This document shows positions 59,301 through 64,000 of a stretch of 64,000 bases of DNA, in pieces (position 1 is the first letter of the stretch; each line of letters starts with the position of its first letter). The stretch is from Basidiobolus meristosporus CBS 931.73. Lineage: Eukaryota; Fungi; Basidiobolomycota. The DNA lies in assembly GCA_002104905.1 (NCBI GenBank), contig MCFE01000013.1, positions 196,742 to 260,741 on the forward strand. Reading direction: 5' to 3'. The translations under genes were made by a program, and so were the position numbers. Under the pieces are notes generated by a model. It did not search any database, had not been told where the DNA came from, and saw only the letters and a program-made list of their open reading frames with translations.

Positions 59301-60623
59301 GTCTGGCTTGTTTCCCATATATGCAGGCTTCACAGTGCTCCAAATTAGCTGGGGGATCAATTTTCACTCCAGAAATTAGCTGATCTTTGATCATTTTACG
59401 CAAATAATCAAAATTGATGTGCCCAAATCTCCTGTGCCAAAGCATTGGTGTTTCTTCATTTAAGTTACTTATATTGGCTTCCAAATATGATGGAATATAA
59501 GTCAACTTGTATAGATTCTGATCTCTGATGCCCAAAGCAATATGGGCACCATTATGATCAGTGATCCTGCATCCAGAATTGTCAAAACTGAAACTGAGTC
59601 CTTCTGCTGTGGCCTTGCTTACAGAGAGTAGGTTCTTGGCTATTTCTGATACATAGAGTACTACTTTAAAGGTCAGTGTATGGCTTCCTTCACTGCTTCT
59701 AAGGTTTACTTGGATAGTTCCTTCTCCCACTGCATCAAGTGTTCTATTGTCACCCATGAAAACCTTATTAATTGGGATTTCTTGATATTGGGTAAAAAGT
59801 TCTTTTTAGTGTGTAAAGTGTTGAGAAGCTCCAGAGTCAATATACCACGTCTGAGAATCCTTGTTTGTGGTCATATTTAGTGCAGATATGAATAATCTAT
59901 CTTCAGTTGTTGCAGCATTTCCATATTCAGGCTTCTTTTGCTGATAATCTCTCTTTTTGAGACACCGGTCTGATGTGTGTCCTTTCCTTTTGCAGTAGTT
60001 GCAAAATAGGTTGCTGTTACCTTTGTAGGGTCTTGGGTATCTCCTTTGTTGGTTATCATTGCTTATTAAAGCATTTTCTTCTTCCTTCTTATTGGTGCTT
60101 GTTTTTCTTAATTCTTCATCCAGGAGCCTTCCATATACGTAATTTAAGGTCAAATCTTCAGTTCTGGACTCTAGGGCTGATACAAGGCCCTGAAACTTGT
60201 CTGTCAGGCTATTCAGGATGGTAACTATCACATCCTCATCAGTAGTTGGTACGCCAACAGATTCCATCTCATCTACCAGCAGGGTAATTCTGTTAATTAG
60301 ATTTTTCATTTCTTCTCCTGGCAGCATCTTTGTAGTGAAGAGTTTTTGTCTCAGGTACATCTTCTTGGCAGCTGAACATGACTGGTAGGTGTCTTCTAAT
60401 GCTTTCCAGGCATTCTTTGCTGTTTTTGCTCTTGAGCATTGAATTAGCAATTTGTCCTTGACATTAAGGCGAATGCAGTTAAAGGCACTTTGTTCTTTCT
60501 TCTGGTACTTTAAGGCTTCCTCTCCCATGTTTTTAGGAGGGCATTCTTCTCCCATGACAATATCCCAAAGGCCTCTTTCTTGTAGAAGCATCTTCATCTT
60601 CACCTTCCACACTTGGTAGTTAG
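56375..60623 (-). mobile_element. Young Ty1/copia element: 3' LTR 56375-56723 and gag-pol 56735-60612 with a few disruptions; 5' end displaced by the next copy
   Basis: ORFs 59806..60612 (gag, knuckle, WYIDSGAS), 59278..59757, 58940..59227, 57305..58918 (IN-RT) and 56735..57205 (RH). Confidence 0.96.
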
Positions 60624-63600
60624 TGTTGTAAGAGTCTTGGAGATATTGGAAGTGATTTGGAGAACAAGTAGATTATGTGGTTTTCACTTAATGATTTATT
60701 GAATGTAAAAGTAGTATTTATACTTTTACATGGTCTTGGCATTACAAACATGTAGAATAGGTTAAGGAAGGTCCCAAGAACATGTGTGCAAAGTTTGGGG
60801 CTGTTTGGACAACTTTGAGAATTTTCATGTTCTGGGTACCTGGTATTTTGGTGAAAATATTCTAAGTAAATCCCGACAAGGAATTTGGTCAGTATTCTCT
60901 AGGATTTGAAGGTGATGATCTAAGTGACTAAGTTAGGTGAATATTTAGGTGGAAAATACGAATTTTTACAACACTCCCACTCAGCTAAATGTTCATACTG
61001 ACTAGTCCTAATTTTGACCTAAGATATTCAAACTTGTCTCTAGCTAATGGTTTGGTAAATATGTCTGCAATCATTTCATCTGTAGGACAGTAAACTAAGC
61101 TAACTAAGTTATTCTCTATAGCTTCACGTATGAAATGATGTCTAATATCTATGTGCTTGGTTCTAGCATGAAAAGTTGGATTTCTACCTAATTGTATACA
61201 TCCTTGATTATCTTGAAATAAAGTAATAGGCGTTTTTTGACATAGGCCTAAATCTGTAAAGAGCTTTCTTAACCACATTGCTTCTTTTGTAGCTTCACAG
61301 GCTGCCATATACTCTGCCTCTGTAGTAGAAAGTGCTACGGTTGGTTGCTTTCTTGAATTCCATGAAATGGCTCCTTTACAGTAAAGAAAGGTATATCCTG
61401 TGGTGGATCTTCTGTCTTCTAAATTTCGTCCCCAATCAGCATCAGAGTATCCCACAAGATCCTGTTCTGAATCCTTATAAGTGTATCTTAAGCAGATATC
61501 AGCAGTTCCTTTTAGGTATCTAAAAATCCGCTTAACTGCTGCAATATGATCAGATCCATAATTCTGATTATGTTGGCTGACAACTCCCACTGAATATGAG
61601 ATATCTGGACGTGTTCCAAGCATGATATACATCAGACTGCCGACCATAGATTGATAAGGAAAGTCAGGGCTTTCAGATGGCACCAAGCTCTCTTGATTTG
61701 GTTGAGTTTTGACCAAGTTAAGGTTTGTCTCCATTGGGGTAGCTGCCGGTTTGCAGTCTTCCATTTTGTACTTCTTTAGTATATCTTGAATATACTTGGA
61801 TTGGCTTAGGGTAATAGTCTGGGTACTTCTGTCTATGGAGAACTTAATCCCTAAGTAGTAACTAAGTTCTCCTAGATTGGACATCTTGAACTCCTTAGAT
61901 AGGCTGGATTTAGTCTCTTCCAATGTTTCTAGGTTATTGGCGGCTATAATAAGATCATCCACATATAGAGCTAATAGAACTGGATTTGCTCTATCTGGCT
62001 TATAGTATATACTATAGTCAGCATTACTCCTTTTGAAACTCAAAGATTCCAAATAAGAATCTATCTTGCAATTCCAGGCTCTTGGTGATTGTTTGAGACC
62101 ATATAGTGACTTTTTAAGCTTGCAGACCAAATGGGGGTTATCTTGGTCCACAAACCCATCAGGCTGGTCCATATACACGTCCTCATCAAGTTCTCCATTC
62201 AAAAATGCAGTTTTTACATCCATTTGATGAATAAAAAACTTATATTTGGCTGCAATAGCCAATATTAATCTGATGGAATTAAACTTGGCTACCGGTGCAA
62301 AGGTCTCAGTATAGTCAAGTCCTTTTGTTTGAGAGTATCCTTTGGCTACAAGTCTTGCTTTGTATCTTTCAATTGTACCATCAGCCTTGTATTTTGTCTT
62401 GAAGACCCATCTGCATCCAATTGATTTTCAGTTGATTGGTAATTTGACTAAGTCCCAAGTTTGATTTTCCATCAGTGCCTGATATTCCTCAGTCATTGCA
62501 GATCTCCAAAACTTCGTCTGAGGGCTATTTAGGGCCTCTTTTACAGTCTGGGGTTCATCAATATGGACTGAATAGGCATAGGCTAAGTTTGTACCCTCAT
62601 TGATATAGTAATTTGGGCTATTTCTTGTCCGATTGGATCTCCGGGCATTTGATACTGGAATGATCACTTCTGGGATATTCCTGGGCACTGATTCTGGCTG
62701 AACCACGGTTGTAGAGTCCTCTGGAGTGAAAAAATTTTCATTGTTTTGCTCTGATTCAATCCTGACAATTGGTGGACTTGAGATCAAATTTTCGTCATCA
62801 TCTGATGTCATTTTTTGTGAAAATTTTGAATTTTCATCAAACAACACATCCCTGGACTTGATCAGCTTCTTTGCTTTCGGTATTGTAGAGTCTGTATGCC
62901 TTACTCTCATTGCAGTAGCCCAAAAATATGCATTTTACACTTTTTGGCTCAAATTTTGACTGATTTCCGGCCAGTTTTTTGGCATATGCTGTACACCCAA
63001 ATATTCTTAGATGTTCTGCACTTGGTCTGTATCCATACCATGCTTCAAATGGAGTAGAATCACAAAGTATTCTGTTATAACTCCTATTTTTAAGATATAC
63101 AGCAGTGGCAACTGATTCCGCCCAAAAATCATAGGATAATTTTTGATCATGGATCATAGATCTTGCCATATCAATTATTGATCTGTTAGCTCGTTCTGCT
63201 ACTCCATTTTGCTGTGGGGAGTATGGTACAGTAGTCTCTTGCTTTATCCCATGAATTTTGCAGAAGTGGATGAAGAGTTTTGAGGTATATTCTCCACCAT
63301 TGTCAGAGCGTATTTTCTTGATTTTTTCACCAGTTTCTCTCTCCACCATGGCTTTAAACTCCCTGAGCTTAGACAGAGCTTCTTCCTTTCTCTCCATGAA
63401 GTAGACCCATGTGTATCTTGTATAATCATCAATAAAAGTGATTAAATACTTCATCCCGCCTAAGGATAAATTTTGCATAGGTCCACACAGATCTGAGTGA
63501 ATTAGATCTAATTTTTTCTTAGTTTTGATTAACCCAGAGCTCTTGAACGGTTGTCTGGCTTGTTTCCCATATATGCAGGCTTCACAGTGCTCCAAATTAG

Positions 63601-64000
63601 CTGGGGGATCAATTTTCACTCCAGAAATTAGCTGATCTTTGATCATTTTACGCAAATAATCAAAATTGATGTGTCCAAATCTCCTGTGCCAAAGCATTGG
63701 TGTTTCTTCATTTAAGTTACTTATATTGGCTTCCAGATATGATGGAATATAAGTCAACTTGTATAGATTCTGATCTCTGATGCCCAAAGCAATATGAGCA
63801 CCATTTTGATCAGTGATCCTGCATCCAGAATTGTCAAAACTGAAACTGAGTCCTTCTGCTGTGGCCTTGCTTACAGAGAGTAGGTTCTTGGCTATTTCTG
63901 GTACATAGAGTACTTCTTTAAAGGTCAGTGTATGGCTTCCTTCACTGCTTCTAAGGTTTACTTGGATAGTTCCTTTCCCACTGCATCAAGTGTTCTATCG
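60624..64000 (-). mobile_element. Youngest Ty1/copia element (3' LTR 60624-60973; RH, RT, IN), running off the window
   Basis: Open RT-RH ORF 60985..62262 and integrase 62837..63787. Two single-base indels near 62430 and 62878. Very close to 56375-59750. Confidence 0.97.

Noticed and set aside
15-63432. The many 60-120 aa ORFs in the track as independent genes
   Set aside because: They are antisense or off-frame shadows of TE genes, or lie inside LTRs (for example 10503, 40920, 47998). None has evidence of being a host gene.
1-64000. RIP (repeat-induced point mutation) as the cause of decay
   Set aside because: The changes I could pair are concentrated at CpG. GC content is not collapsed, and near-identical neighbouring copia copies persist. 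A formal context spectrum is needed to exclude a CpG-type RIP-like process.

Overview
This is a gene-free eukaryotic repeat block built almost entirely of nested, decaying transposable elements. I found no host gene, RNA gene or CRISPR array. The protein families suggest a fungus, possibly an early-diverging lineage; that is inference only. Five TE families account for nearly all 64 kb. (1) A CACTA/EnSpm-type DNA transposon has short C(T/C/A)CTATGAAAA termini, a Transposase_21-type gene and a head-to-head ~787-codon accessory ORF. It occurs as about 8 copies or fragments, best preserved at 35.2-46.2 kb. (2) A PIF/Harbinger-like element has AGACTTGTTCCATT TIRs, 3-bp A-N-T target duplications, a compact ~295-aa DDE_Tnp_4-type transposase and a divergent ORF2 with Myb/trihelix-like and SAP-like motifs. 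It is full length at 37453-42690 and has a 730-bp foldback MITE derivative. (3) Ty3/gypsy family A has one 5' LTR+PBS+gag copy and five solo or partial ~1.07-kb LTRs, most carrying a CArG box. (4) Ty3/gypsy family B has a two-LTR element at 28414-33965, a 3' half and a solo LTR. (5) A Ty1/copia family has piled into itself at 50-64 kb. CpG is strongly depleted and sister copies differ largely by CpG transitions, consistent with methylation-driven decay. All counts and alignments were done by eye. Minor fragment boundaries are approximate (tens of bp). The most promising leads are the two head-to-head two-gene DNA transposon architectures, a perfectly homogenised 187-bp palindrome, and a conserved CArG/CCAAT module in LTR-A.
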